A stretch of 63,030 bases of DNA, counting the filler, from Octopus bimaculoides (Eukaryota): the NCBI RefSeq assembly GCF_001194135.2. It is 5 parts of 5 records of this genome, joined end to end, with 100 filler letters (N's around TTAATTAATTAA, not from the genome) between each part and the next. Parts side by side here need not be neighbours in the genome. Positions count along the whole stretch, not along the records: positions 1 to 15,460 come from NC_068997.1; positions 15,561 to 46,752 come from NC_068996.1; 3 more parts are not named here. One strand, given 5' to 3'. The position numbers and the translations under genes were made by a program. Below the pieces are notes generated by a model. It had not been told where the DNA came from, ran no database searches, and was given only the letters and a program-made list of their open reading frames with translations. The first letter of the stretch is position 1. Each line of letters starts with the position of its first letter. Shown here piece by piece: positions 12,002 through 23,906 of this stretch.

Positions 12002-13447
12002 GAACAAAAGCATCGAGTAAGTCGTCTGGAAACGGAAGTTATTAATACAAAGTCTGCTTATGCAGAGGCGTTGAGAAATCTTGAATCCATCAGTGATGAA
12101 ATACATGAGCGGAGGCTTGAGAAAAGTAAACATCTTCAACTAGGTGTTCGTGGTTCCGGAGTTGGGTCTGAGACCCCATCTCCACCTCCTGGTCAAGAGA
12201 AAGGGTCTGAAATTGGAGATGGTACCGTGGTTACTCATATTAGCACGTGTACTTATAGTTCGAACATACTAACCACACCCACAACTTACCAACAAAGTGC
12301 TAGCAAGGAACCGGTCACATTCTCCATAACTACCACTTCTGCTACTGTTGAACAAGATTCTGGTGTTAGTCAACTGAAAGATGACTGTGATGAATCTGAA
12401 GGATCATTTGTAGCCCCATCTGTGATTTTCAGCTCTCCAGAGCAGGCTCGGCGTTTGAGTTATCGGCAAGCTATTGAAACCAACAGCTATGTATCTCCAA
12501 ATATCACATCAGAAAGTATTAGCCCCTCTGACTTTGAAGAGGATTATGATGCTCCAAGTTTAGAAGAGGAGTATATTTCATTACCAAGTTACAAATCAAA
12601 GGTTAAGAATTCTAATAATTTTAACTTTGTTTCCGAAAATCAGTTTTGTCAGCAATCAGTTTTTAGCCCTGACAGCCACAACCCAAACAGCACGCCTCTT
12701 TTGAAGAGCAATGAACCGCAAGCCTCTTTACCGACTGAAAAGAGAGCCACACTTAAAACGTTGGGCAAAAGTAAAACTGAACCAGGTCCAACTGTACAAA
12801 GAGTTAATTCAGAAATGTCGGAATGTTCTCCTTCAGTCATACGTAGATCAAAATTGAAAGGCATCATTTTACGTGTAGATGCTGAAATGGACCCATATAT
12901 GCAAGGCTTTCAACAACGTAAAATAACTAATGTCCCCTCCGTTAAAAACACAAATGAGGGAACAAAAAATGAATCTCAGCCGAAGAATACAAAGATTTTA
13001 AACTCAAACAGTGAGACAGCGTCACCAAGGAAAACGGGAACTGTCAATAAACCACATATTACACCAACGAAATACGTGAGAGGTTCCGAAGGGAGTCCTG
13101 TACTTAAAATTCCTTCTCCCGCTTCCGATATTATGGATGATTCGGATACAGAAAGTCTTGCCAGTATTGGTCAGATGCTTGACGATGAGCAAGTGGAATT
13201 GCTTACTTTGGACTTCTCCGATGACACTTTCATTAATGCTGCTGACTCTGTGAAAAGTGACCGATTTCAGAAGACTGACTGGCATCGAATGAGCCTTCCT
13301 CCAAAGTTGAGTCACTTAGAATATTATTTGCAGAGCAAGTCTCTTGACTTGACAACAACACCGACGGGTAGAACAGACATTGGACTGGAAAATCTTGAGC
13401 TGTATGAGAACTCTGTACCAGAACCTCAGCAGGTTCCTACATCTTGA
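12002..13447 (+). CDS. SH3BP5L: SH3BP5-like terminal coding exon (481 aa + TGA): end of coiled coil (ALRNLESISDEIHERR), LGVRGSGVGSETP motif, long S/T/E/D-rich disordered tail
   Basis: TTCTTGCAG acceptor at 12001, in frame with ORF 11978-13447. ALRNLExISxxIHxRR is the family signature. The five exons join into 1911 nt (636 aa + stop). Confidence 0.94.
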   Translation, partial: EQKHRVSRLETEVINTKSAYAEALRNLESISDEIHERRLEKSKHLQLGVRGSGVGSETPSPPPGQEKGSEIGDGTVVTHISTCTYSSNILTTPTTYQQSASKEPVTFSITTTSATVEQDSGVSQLKDDCDESEGSFVAPSVIFSSPEQARRLSYRQAIETNSYVSPNITSESISPSDFEEDYDAPSLEEEYISLPSYKSKVKNSNNFNFVSENQFCQQSVFSPDSHNPNSTPLLKSNEPQASLPTEKRATLKTLGKSKTEPGPTVQRVNSEMSECSPSVIRRSKLKGIILRVDAEMDPYMQGFQQRKITNVPSVKNTNEGTKNESQPKNTKILNSNSETASPRKTGTVNKPHITPTKYVRGSEGSPVLKIPSPASDIMDDSDTESLASIGQMLDDEQVELLTLDFSDDTFINAADSVKSDRFQKTDWHRMSLPPKLSHLEYYLQSKSLDLTTTPTGRTDIGLENLELYENSVPEPQQVPTS

Positions 13448-15200
13448 CTTTAGAAAAGATAGATCTTGTTGAATTCCAATTGAATATAGATTTCTGAGGC
13501 AATAGATCTTATTAGTTTGGTGCTCACTGTTAGATAATTTTGGCAAAAGTTCCAAAATGACTTACTGCTCTTTCTTGTCAAATTAATCTGCTGTTGGTGC
13601 TGCTCCTCTTATTAAGCCTCTGATTAATTTATTAATGGCAGTTAAAAAAAACCCCTTTTAACTGCATCTTTGGTTTGAATCTGTTTTGGCGTAATAACTT
13701 TCTCTACCTCTTCATTTTCTTCTCATTAATTATTTCCATGGGTTTATTTTAATTTCCTTTCATTACCTGTGAAGGATATCATTTCTGTTGCTGATGACAT
13801 TTTTCGTTTTTGCTCTGGGCTTTTTCTTCTTTTTCTTTACTTCATATAGATCTATTAATGACATCATTTAAAAACAAAATTGTGACAAATTTATGAGCGA
13901 TTCCTACCTTAAAGAAATCCCTACCTGTTTCTCCAATTTTAATTTTTCTTTAGAATTATTCAATCAACTACATTAGTATACTTAAGGCGAAGAGTTGCAG
14001 CTTTTATCTTCATTTTTTTATTAACAGTAACTTCCATTATCTTTCTTAGATTTTCAAATGCTTGCCTTCAAATCTTCAAATTTTCGAAAAATATTTAAAT
14101 GGTGCCAAAATGTCTGCTCCTAACTGCATTTTTTTTTTACCTCTAACTCTGTTCTTTATATTATTTTGAAATTATATCAATAGAATAAGTTAATAAGCAG
14201 CTTGAATTTGCCATCATATTTCAGTGTCTTTACTGAAACTATCTATTTCCTACTCCAGCAGATTTTACTTAAATTTACTATTGTTGTCAGAACTGCAGAG
14301 TCTCAGAATATTCTTCTTCTCCTTCCCAATTCAATTATTTATGTAAGATATTGAACATTTTTTGAAACTTTTTTTTTTTTTTTTTTGTAATTCATTTGAT
14401 CTCAAAAGAATCTTTCCCTTGTTAACTATCTTTTTTGGTTTCCTTCTTTTCAACACTCTTGCTGTAATAGTATGACTACATCTGATGCAATCCCTTTACT
14501 ATTTTAGCAGCAACAGTTGTTGATAGTTACATGATGAGATTCCGTATTAGTGATATTTGTATAAAGTTTGTTTCTTTTTGACTGTTTCTCCAAAACTATT
14601 TTAAACCCTCATCACAATACTCTGGATTCTAGTTCAAGTATATCTATTTGGAATTGTTATCTTTGCTAACATCAAAAATCTGATTTAGCAACCATGTTAT
14701 GCATATCTATACATATATTTTTCTATTTATAAAGTAAATAACTTTTTCACTTTGTAAATTTCCTTCTTGTTAACCTCAGTCACAGTCCAGGAGTACATTG
14801 TTTTTTTTTGTCTTTTTTTTTTTTAATTCTTTAAATCCAGGTAACTGAAAAATATCAAAACAAGTTTATTGATTAAAAAGAATGTATATTATTTGCATTT
14901 TCTGTAAGCAGAATACTTAAGACTTAGCTGGCAAGTAAAACTATGTAGAGTTATGAATTTATATATATAACAAAACAAAACATGAAAGTGGGCATTTTTT
15001 GATATTATTTATTCTCCATTACACTTGTTTCATTTGCCAATGGGAATTAAAAGTATTTACATGTTAGACAGACATGTAAGGAACTTCTTACTAGAAAATC
15101 TTCAATGTCTGTCTAACATGTAAAACTGTAATTTCTTTTAGTAAATGAAGCATGTGTAATGAAGAATCAATAACACTAAAAAAATGTCTACTTTCCTGTT
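13448..15200 (+). other. Putative AU-rich 3' UTR of the SH3BP5-like gene (end uncertain)
   Basis: Follows the stop codon and is U-rich with no recognisable SINE or microsatellite for about 1.8 kb, unlike flanking DNA. Variant ATTAAA signals at ~14872 and 15046. End point is inference. Confidence 0.5.
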
Positions 15201-15504
15201 TTATTATACAACAACTCTACAAATAATATTTCCATAATTCTCAATTTTAATGTATTTTGACTGACATTCAGCAGCAACTGAGACCACATATTGCATTGTA
15301 ATAAGCAGAAGTGTTTCAAGAGGAACAGCTGGGATTTAGCCTACTTATCTCTCTCTCTCTCTCTATATATATATATCTACATATACATAAATATATATAT
15401 ATAAATACATCTATATATATATATATATACATACACACACGCACACACACATATATATATNNNNNNNNNNNNNNNNNNNNNNNNNNNNNNNNNNNNNNNN
15501 NNNN

Positions 15505-15516
15505 TTAATTAATTAA
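15505..15516. other. Assembly linker TTAATTAATTAA (six-frame stop) inside N-gap; also 46797-46808, 56238-56249, 61547-61558
   Basis: Identical palindromic 12-mer inside four ~100-nt N runs. Confidence 0.95.
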
Positions 15517-15584
15517 NNNNNNNNNNNNNNNNNNNNNNNNNNNNNNNNNNNNNNNNNNNNATATATATATATATATATATATAT

Positions 15585-15937
15585 CATCATCATAATCATC
15601 ATCATTGTTTAACATCCGCTTTCCATGCTAGCATGGGTTGGACGATTTGACTGAGGACTGGTGAAACCAGATGGCTACACCAGGCTCCAATCTGATTTGG
15701 CAGAGTTTCTACAGCTGGATGCCCTTTCTAACACCAACCACTCAGAGAGTGTAGTGGGTGCTTTTATGTGCCACCTGCACGAAGGCTAGTCAGACGGTAC
15801 TGGCAACGGCCATGCTCAAAATGGTGTATTTTATGTGTCACCTGCACAGGAGCCAGTCCAGGGGCACTGGCAACGATCTCGCTCGAAAATCCTTACACAT
15901 GTCACGGGCACAAGTGCCAGAAAGGCGACGCTGGGCA
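15585..15937 (-). mobile_element. RTE-tail-type short retroelement ending in (ATG)n
   Basis: CATCATC..TTTAACATCCGCTTTCCATGCTAGCATGGGTTGG family. Copies at 22256-22606 (opposite orientation), 39765-39990, 40200-40680, 54480-54640, 5370-5530 and 8690-8870. RTE affinity is inferred from the tail type. Confidence 0.65.
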
Positions 15938-16074
15938 NNNNNNNNNNNNNNNNNNNNNNNNNNNNNNNNNNNNNNNNNNNNNNNNNNNNNNNNNNNNNNN
16001 NNNNNNNNNNNNNNNNNNNNNNNNNNNNNNNNNNNNNNNNNNNNNNNNNNNNNNNNNNNNNNNNNNNNNNNNNN

Positions 16075-16117
<43 letters not shown>

Positions 16118-16683
16118 ACCTCACCTCACCTGCTCCAAAGAAAGCCAAGATCAGTTCATCTGCTGGGAAAGTGATGGCCTCAGTTTTTTGAGATGCAAAG
16201 GGCATTGTGTTTATTGTCTATCTTTAAAATGGCCACTTCATCAATGGTGAGTACTTTGCCAACTTGCTGAGGCTGTTACAAAAGCTTATCAAGGTCAAAT
16301 GCCCAGGAAAACTAACAAGAGGAGTCTTGTTTCATCAGGACAATGTTCCAGCACACAAGTCCTTGCTTTCAATGGCTGCTGTGCATGACCGAGTTGTGCA
16401 TTGGACTGGTTGATCTCCCTCCCTATTCTCCTGATTTATCATTTGTTCCCCAGCATCAAAAAAACGTCTGGGAAACAGTATCACAGTGATGATAGCAACA
16501 TGCCTGCTGTTGATACTTTTTGACTTACAGGATGAAAGTTTCTTAAGCAGTGGGATCCAAACATTGTATCACCGATGGAAGGACTGTGTACACTGCAAAG
16601 TGGACTTTCTCGAAAAACAAACCTCATTTGTTTACATTCCATGACAGCGTCTTGGTCAGCCTGTGAACTTTTCAGCCAACCTT
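16118..16683 (+). pseudogene. mariner transposase C-terminal relic with 3' end
   Basis: Translates to KKAK..SAGKVMASVF*DAKGIVF..L..G..INGEYFANLL...GVLFHQDNVPAH...PYSPDL with stops and frameshifts. These are mariner catalytic motifs. Confidence 0.9.
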
Positions 16684-16971
16684 TGTATATGTGTATGTTT
16701 GCATGTGTATATGTGTGTGTTTGTATGTGTATGCGTGCCCGCATGTGTGTGTGTGAATGAGTGTATGTGTACATGTTTATATATATATATATATATATAT
16801 AATAATAATGATATTAGGGACAAAATCCAAAATTACAGGTAAAAACTCAATTAAAATCAATTTATAAAAATTAAATTGCGCTTTTAATTATTAATTTTTC
16901 TATATGTGACAGTGGATTTTCATCAATGAGTTCATGAACCTTGGTTCTTTTCCCTAAAACTATATATTTAT

Positions 16972-17433
16972 AAAGTTGTAGTATATTGTCAACTTAATGT
17001 GACAATCCCAATAAGGGAATACACTACTGCTGTTTAGCCCTAGGAAGCTGGACCGCTTCCTGTCGGCCTTGACACAATTACTGTGTCCTTAAGTTTGTGA
17101 AGNNNNNNNNNNNNNNNNNNNNNNNNNNNNNNNNNNNNNNNNNNNNNNNNNNNNNNNNNNNNNNNNNNNNNNNNNNNNNNNNNNNNNNNGAAGGGGAGAC
17201 AAGCTCCCCCACCCAGCCTAGCCAGCATTCAGGGACATGTTTCTGAGTCTTTGCTCGTCATCAGCCTGAAGTAGCTTGCCAGCTGGATAGAGAGGCCTGT
17301 CTCTCCTTAAACTTAAAGACACAGTAATTGTGTCAAGGCCGACAGGAAGCGGTCCAGCTTCCTAGGGCTAAACAGCAGTAGTGTATTCCCTTATTGGGAT
17401 TGTCACATTACGTTGACAATATACTACAACTTT
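16972..17433. mobile_element. Young element with 125-bp inverted arms (16972-17096 / 17309-17433) enclosing a hammerhead motif; inverted-pLTR Penelope-like structure
   Basis: Arms are 123/125 identical in reverse complement, CpGs retained, hammerhead at 17228-17270. An 87-nt N gap lies between the arms. Confidence 0.65.
17228..17270 (-). ncRNA. Minimal type-I hammerhead ribozyme motif (family A)
   Basis: Minus strand reads TTCAGG-CTGATGA-C.GAG.CAAAGA.CTC.A-GAAA-CATG-TC^-CCTGAA: 6-bp stem I, canonical core, palindromic ACATGT stem III. C.A mismatch closes stem II. Confidence 0.8.
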
Positions 17434-17497
17434 GTCGCTCCACTACTGCTTAAATCTCTTTGAGAGATTTAGAAATATTATATTTCTAATATATATT

Positions 17498-17528
<31 letters not shown>

Positions 17529-17599
17529 GTGTATATATATATGTGTGTGTGTGTGTATGTGTGAGTGTGTGTATGCATACATACATATATATATACATA

Positions 17600-17910
17600 T
17601 ATGTATAGATGCATCTTGGCCTAACGGCCCTTAATGTTTGTCTTTGCCAATTGTTTACTCTGTCATTGTTTGCTCAGTCAAAGCTCTAACACTCTAGAAA
17701 TTTTATATTCTAAAAATTTCTGGATGTTGCTGTTTTATGAAGTTTTCCTATATTGTCGTTGAAAACTCGAAATAGGGAGTAATTAACAGTCGACAACTGA
17801 AGAGGGGTTAGGCTTCTTTTGGTATTTTGTTCTGTACTTGTCTTTCATTATGTGTTTACATATTTTTCACTCATTGGTGATGTCCTTTTCTTATTGTATA
17901 TTTTATAATT
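17600..17910 (+). repeat. Interspersed repeat with an inverted homologue at ~20730-21010
   Basis: e.g. AACAGTCGACAACTGAAGAGGGGTTAGGCTTCTTTTGGTATTTTG aligns to the reverse complement of 20790-20840 at roughly 75-80% by eye. Confidence 0.75.
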
Positions 17911-18726
17911 TGTCCTATACTTATTGCTTATGTGTCTACATAATTTTCACTTTATACATATATTTATATAAATATGTACATATTTGTGTGAGTATATATG
18001 TATGTATGTGAATAAACACACACACACACACATACACATACATATATGTAAGTATGTATGTATTAGTTGATATTTCCACTAATTTTGATATTTTTTTCGC
18101 TAGAGCAAGGATTGAAATTTGACATTGGTTTAACAGCGAGGACTTACGGAATAAAAAATAATTTAAAAGAGGTAAGTTTGGCAAACGATCAAAAGAATTG
18201 GCAACAGCTCAGATGAGGAAAAGATGAGTGAGGTGGTCTGGTAAATAAGTATAAGTATAGACATGCTTCAGTAATTATCTACTCTGTATGGTTGCCAAAG
18301 TTGATCAAAAGTGAAGCAGAGAGAGGTATATTTTTCAGACCTTGAAAACATCTTCTAGGCTTTCTTATCAATAGAAAAGTATAAGATGTAAACATCATGT
18401 CTTAAGCTTTGCTTTCAAAATATATGTAGCGAGGTGGATGTACATGCACATCTGCACATATATATACACACACATGCATTCGTGTGTATATACATACCTA
18501 CATGCATACATTTGTACTTAGACATATACAGAAGGGTGTATATAAACATTTGTAAGTATATATATATGTACACACATACATTCATGTGTGTATGTGTGCA
18601 TAAATACATACTTACATAAACATATACACACATATGCATATACATACATGCACTCACACAAACATCCATATGTACATGAATACATAAGTATTGAAGCATA
18701 TAGCTTGGTGGATGTACATGAACATT

Positions 18727-18764
<38 letters not shown>

Positions 18765-19249
18765 CATATACATGCAAACATACATACCCCCACACACACA
18801 TGCACACTCACATGCACACACACATACATACATACACATACATACATGCACACACATACACATACACACACACTGGGATATGTAACACACTGCCTAAGTA
18901 ACAATCTTGAGAAATTTAGGCTACTCAAAACCAGAAAGGAGAGAGCTGATTCAAAGACTATAGATCCAATCCACCACTGGAACTGTTAAAATCTGTAAAA
19001 CTTTCCAGAAGTTTATCATTTAAGAATATATGAGCATGTCTAGATATGCAAGTATATGCATAAGAACACATACATAAACCAAAACATACAAATCTGCACA
19101 TATACATACATACAAAACTACCCTTGTTGTTGTTGATGTTGAAATTCCAAAGAAGCAGCCTTGGATCTAGGTTAGAATCTGGCTCTTTCTCTATTGACAA
19201 GAAATCTTGAAATAAAACAGAAAAACGATACACACTCATACACACACAC

Positions 19250-19285
<36 letters not shown>

Positions 19286-19366
19286 GCATGCATGCATGCA
19301 CACACATACATACATACATACACGCACATGTACATACATATAGACATACATGATGGCCATCTACTC

Positions 19367-19930
19367 ATGACTGAGGAAATCCATTACTGACCTTTGGGAA
19401 CATTGTGAGCACTCAAGACTACCGGATACTTTACACTTGCAGCTCCATTGGTGACAAATGAGCCCTGCTCTTGACAAACATACACGACTGCAAGCATTGC
19501 AGACCAAGCTTTTCTCATTCCTTACACTAACAGTTCGTTTTTGAGTAGCACGCCTAAATTCTTCATGAAGAATACATGTTCCTTCAAAGGTATTAACTCC
19601 CTCCTTTACCTGTTTCCTCCATCCATAGCGATGACAAACATTTCTCTCCCAATCAGCCTCCTGCATTTCACAGGCCTTTAATGAGGACTTTATATAGTCC
19701 TTAAATCGCAGTCTTGGTTTCTGTCGGGGAGTTGCTTTTCACTAACAAGTTCCCCATATAGCATCTGCTTAGGGATCCTGCTATTATTCATTCTAACAAG
19801 GTGTCTAGTCCAGTGTAACTGGTGTTTGTGCACCATCGACTTAATATTCAGGATATCAGCTTTCTTCAGGATCTGTGTATCTGGAGTTTTAATGGAAGCG
19901 TTCAAGGACTTTAACATGATGTTTGTAAAC
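19367..19930 (-). mobile_element. RTE-clade LINE 3' fragment
   Basis: QLHWTRHLVRMNNSRIPKQMLYGEL and terminal CNACSRVCLSRAGLICHQWSC, both typical of RTE ORF ends. Confidence 0.85.
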
Positions 19931-20240
19931 GGTCCATGTCTCACATGAGTAAAGGAGTGCACATAGGTGCACACACACATCTGCACACACACACACATAT
20001 GCACACAGACACACACACACACATGCACGCACACGCTTGGTCGAACATACACAAGCTCACATACACATGCATATTCACATATGCATGCACATATATGCAT
20101 GCACACACATGCGCTTTCATTCATATGTACATATGTATATTCGCATGCATGTACGCATGCATACTCAGGTATCACCAACATTCGCTGTGGTTAGCTGGTA
20201 TACAAAAGCGAGATTACATACCCTTTGAAATCAGTTTTGG

Positions 20241-20271
<31 letters not shown>

Positions 20272-20491
20272 TACAGATGTATATATATATATATATGTAT
20301 TATTTTGTTTAAAAGAGTTCCAACACTGTCTGTTTTTTATGTTTTATTTATATTCCTGCAAAACCAATGTGGGGTCTAGAATATGGAATATACAATATAT
20401 AATATAAAATAAAATAAAATAAAAATGGATGGCACCATGAAATAAAGTATTGAATGTAGATGAAATATTGAGTGTTCAATATAAAGGATCA

Positions 20492-20531
<40 letters not shown>

Positions 20532-20533
20532 AA

Positions 20534-20573
20534 GGCGACTCGAGTTTCAGGGCTATTTCCCTTCGTCATGGCC
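20534..20573 (-). ncRNA. Hammerhead-like motif (family B), 8-nt core variant
   Basis: GGC-CATGACGA-AGGG.AAATAG.CCCT-GAAAC-TCGA-GTC^-GCC: 4-bp stem II, palindromic ACTCGAGT stem III, 3-bp stem I. One extra A in the core. Confidence 0.6.
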
Positions 20574-20618
20574 GGTATGACAGACATACATATATATACA
20601 TATATACATATATATATG

Positions 20619-20660
<42 letters not shown>

Positions 20661-20681
20661 TATATATATATACATATGTAT

Positions 20682-20713
<32 letters not shown>

Positions 20714-21195
20714 GAAAATGAAAAATACACATTAAGTACAGGACATCACCAACAAGCGAAAATACATTAACACACAATGAAAGACAAGTATGGGACAAAA
20801 TACCAAAAGAAGTTTAACTCCTCTTCAATTGTCAACTGTTTATAACTACCTGTTTTGTGCTTTTAATGGCAAGACAGGAAAACTTAATAAAAACAGCAAC
20901 ATCCAGAAAATTTTGGGAGAGTTAGGGCTTCAAATGAACAAACGACACCAGAGTGGACATGCAGAAACGATTGGCAAAGACAGATGTTTTGGATCACTAA
21001 GCCAAGACGAATTGTAATGGGTAATGCCTGGGATAAATTTTGAAAGGATACAGAATAAATAGAAGAGAAAAAAAGATATTGCACGGTGAGAGAAGAGAGA
21101 CATAACATCTGGCTAGCTGGACATCCCATCCAGAAAAGATAGAAAGACGAGAAAATATATATATATATATAAATGTAAGTTAGCATATATATTCG

Positions 21196-21232
<37 letters not shown>

Positions 21233-22216
21233 TAAAAAAGGGTTGAAAATGGATTTGTCCTTTAATTGGAGTAGTTTCCAAAAGATTTCTAACATTGATT
21301 CTTAATACTTTACTTTGAATTTACTGATGTAAATTGGCATAGATATGAAAAGTTATATAAGTATATTAAGTTAATGATTTAAGTTATAGAACAACATTCA
21401 ACGAATTCAGTCATATTTTTTATAAATGGAGGAGATTAGATGTTAATATGGTATGAAATAATGATTCAAATATATATATAAATAATAATGATAGTAATAA
21501 GGATTATTACGAAGTAGCATACCATTACTTTTAATTCCTTTATATATATAAAACATTTGGAGAAATCTCTTGCTAATAACCTACATAAGTATATGTGTGT
21601 GTGTGTATACATATATGTGTCTGCATATGTATATGTATGTGTGTGGTTGTGTGTATGTGCTTGTGTGTATGTGCATGTGTTTGTGCACATGTGGTTTTAT
21701 ATAAATATGTTTCTACCTCTTTTATTTTTTTATTTGTTTCAGTCATTGGACAACAGCCATACTGGAGCACTGCTTTGAAGGGTTTACTCAAATGAATCAA
21801 TTCCTATACTTACACCATTAGTCTCTCAAGCTGAACCACTATGCTAGATGGGCATTAACAAACCAACAGCAGTTATCAAGCAGTGGTGGGGCACTGCCTT
21901 GATGGGTTTTAGTGGAACAAATCAACTCCAGGACTTATTTCCTAAAAACCTAGTACTTATTCTATCAGTCTCTTTTGTCAAAGTGCAAAACACACCAACA
22001 CTGGTTGTCAAGTGGTAGTGGGGGACAAACACAGACATGCATACATAGATATATACATATATGATGGGCTTCTTTCAGTTTCTGCTCACCAATTCCACTC
22101 ACAAGGCTCTGGTTGGCCTGAAGCTACAGTAGAAGACTTGCCCAAGGTGTCCACACTGTGGGACTGAACCCAGAATCATGTGGTTTGGAGGCAAACTTCT
22201 TATGACACAACCACAC

Positions 22217-22260
<44 letters not shown>

Positions 22261-23107
22261 CCTGTGCCCTGGAAATTGTGCTGGTGGCACATGTAAGGAC
22301 ATTCGAGCGAGATCGTTGCCAGTGCCGCTGGACTGGCTCCCATGCAGGTGGCACGTAAAAGACACCATTTTGAGCATGGCCGTTGCCAGTATCGCCTCAC
22401 TGGCCTTCGTGACGGTGGCACATAAAAGCACCCACTACACTCTCGGAGTGGTTGGTGTTAGGAAGGGCATCCAGCTGTAGAAACTCTGCCAAATCAGATT
22501 GGAGCCTGGTGTAACCACCTAGTTCACCGGTCCTCAGTCAAATTGTCCAACCCATGCTAGCATGGAAAGCGGACGTTAAACGATGATGATGATGATGATG
22601 ATGATGATATATATATATATATATATATACATACATGTGTGTGTATGTGTGTATACAGGTAGATAGAGATAGGTAGCAAGATAGATAAATAGATAGATAG
22701 ATAGATAAATATACAGTCAGACAAGACAGACATACAGAAAGATATTAAGGTATGTGTATGTGTGTGTGTATAAGATAGCTACAACTTGATTTAAGCTAAC
22801 CCAGATATTTTCTATCCACATGAAACTTCTGTAGTTTGTTGCAAATAAGATACTGTCAATAATTAATGATTAGAATCATATACATTTTTACTTGCTTCAG
22901 TCATTTGACTGCGGCCATGCTAGAGCACTGCCTTTAGTCGAGCAAATCGACCCTAGCACTTATTCTTTGTAAGCCTAGTACTTATTCTATCGGTCTCTTT
23001 TACTGAACCACTAAGTTACGGGGATGTAAACACACCAGTATCGGTTGTCAAGCGATGTTGGCGGGACAAACAGACACACAAACATATACTCACACACACA
23101 CACACAC

Positions 23108-23141
<34 letters not shown>

Positions 23142-23869
23142 NNNNNNNNNNNNNNNNNNNNNNNNNNNNNNNNNNNNNNNNNNNNNNNNNNNNNNNNNNN
23201 NNNNNNNNNNNNNNNNNNNNNNNNNNNNNNNNNNNNNNNNNNNNNNNNNNNNNNNNNNNNNNNNNNNNNNNNNNNNNNNNNNNNNNNNNNNNNNNNNNNN
23301 NNNNNNNNNNNNNNNNNNNNNNNNNNNNNNNNNNNNNNNNNNNNNNNNNNNNNNNNNNNNNNNNNNNNNNNNNNNNNNNNNNNNNNNNNNNNNNNNNNNN
23401 NNNNNNNNNNNNNNNNNNNNNNNNNNNNNNNNNNNNNNNNNNNNNNNNNNNNNNNNNNNNNNNNNNNNNNNNNNNNNNNNNNNNNNNNNNNNNNNNNNNN
23501 NNNNNNNNNNNNNNNNNNNNNNNNNNNNNNNNNNNNNNNNNNNNNNNNNNNNNNNNNNNNNNNNNNNNNNNNNNNNNNNNNNNNNNNNNNNNNNNNNNNN
23601 NNNNNNNNNNNNNNNNNNNNNNNNNNNNNNNNNNNNNNNNNNNNNNNNNNNNNNNNNNNNNNNNNNNNNNNNNNNNNNNNNNNNNNNNNNNNNNNNNNNN
23701 NNNNNNNNNNNNNNNNNNNNNNNNNNNNNNNNNNNNNNNNNNNNNNNNNNNNNNNNNNNNNNNNNNNNNNNNNNNNNNNNNNNNNNNNNNNNNNNNNNNN
23801 NNNNNNNNNNNNNNNNNNNNNNNNNNNNNNNNNNNNNNNNNNNNNNNNNNNNNNNNNNNNNNNNNNNNN

Positions 23870-23903
<34 letters not shown>

Positions 23904-23906
<3 letters not shown>

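Noticed and set aside
15505-15516. Recurrent palindrome TTAATTAATTAA (four copies)
   Set aside because: Always inside N runs. It is a synthetic six-frame-stop linker, not biology.
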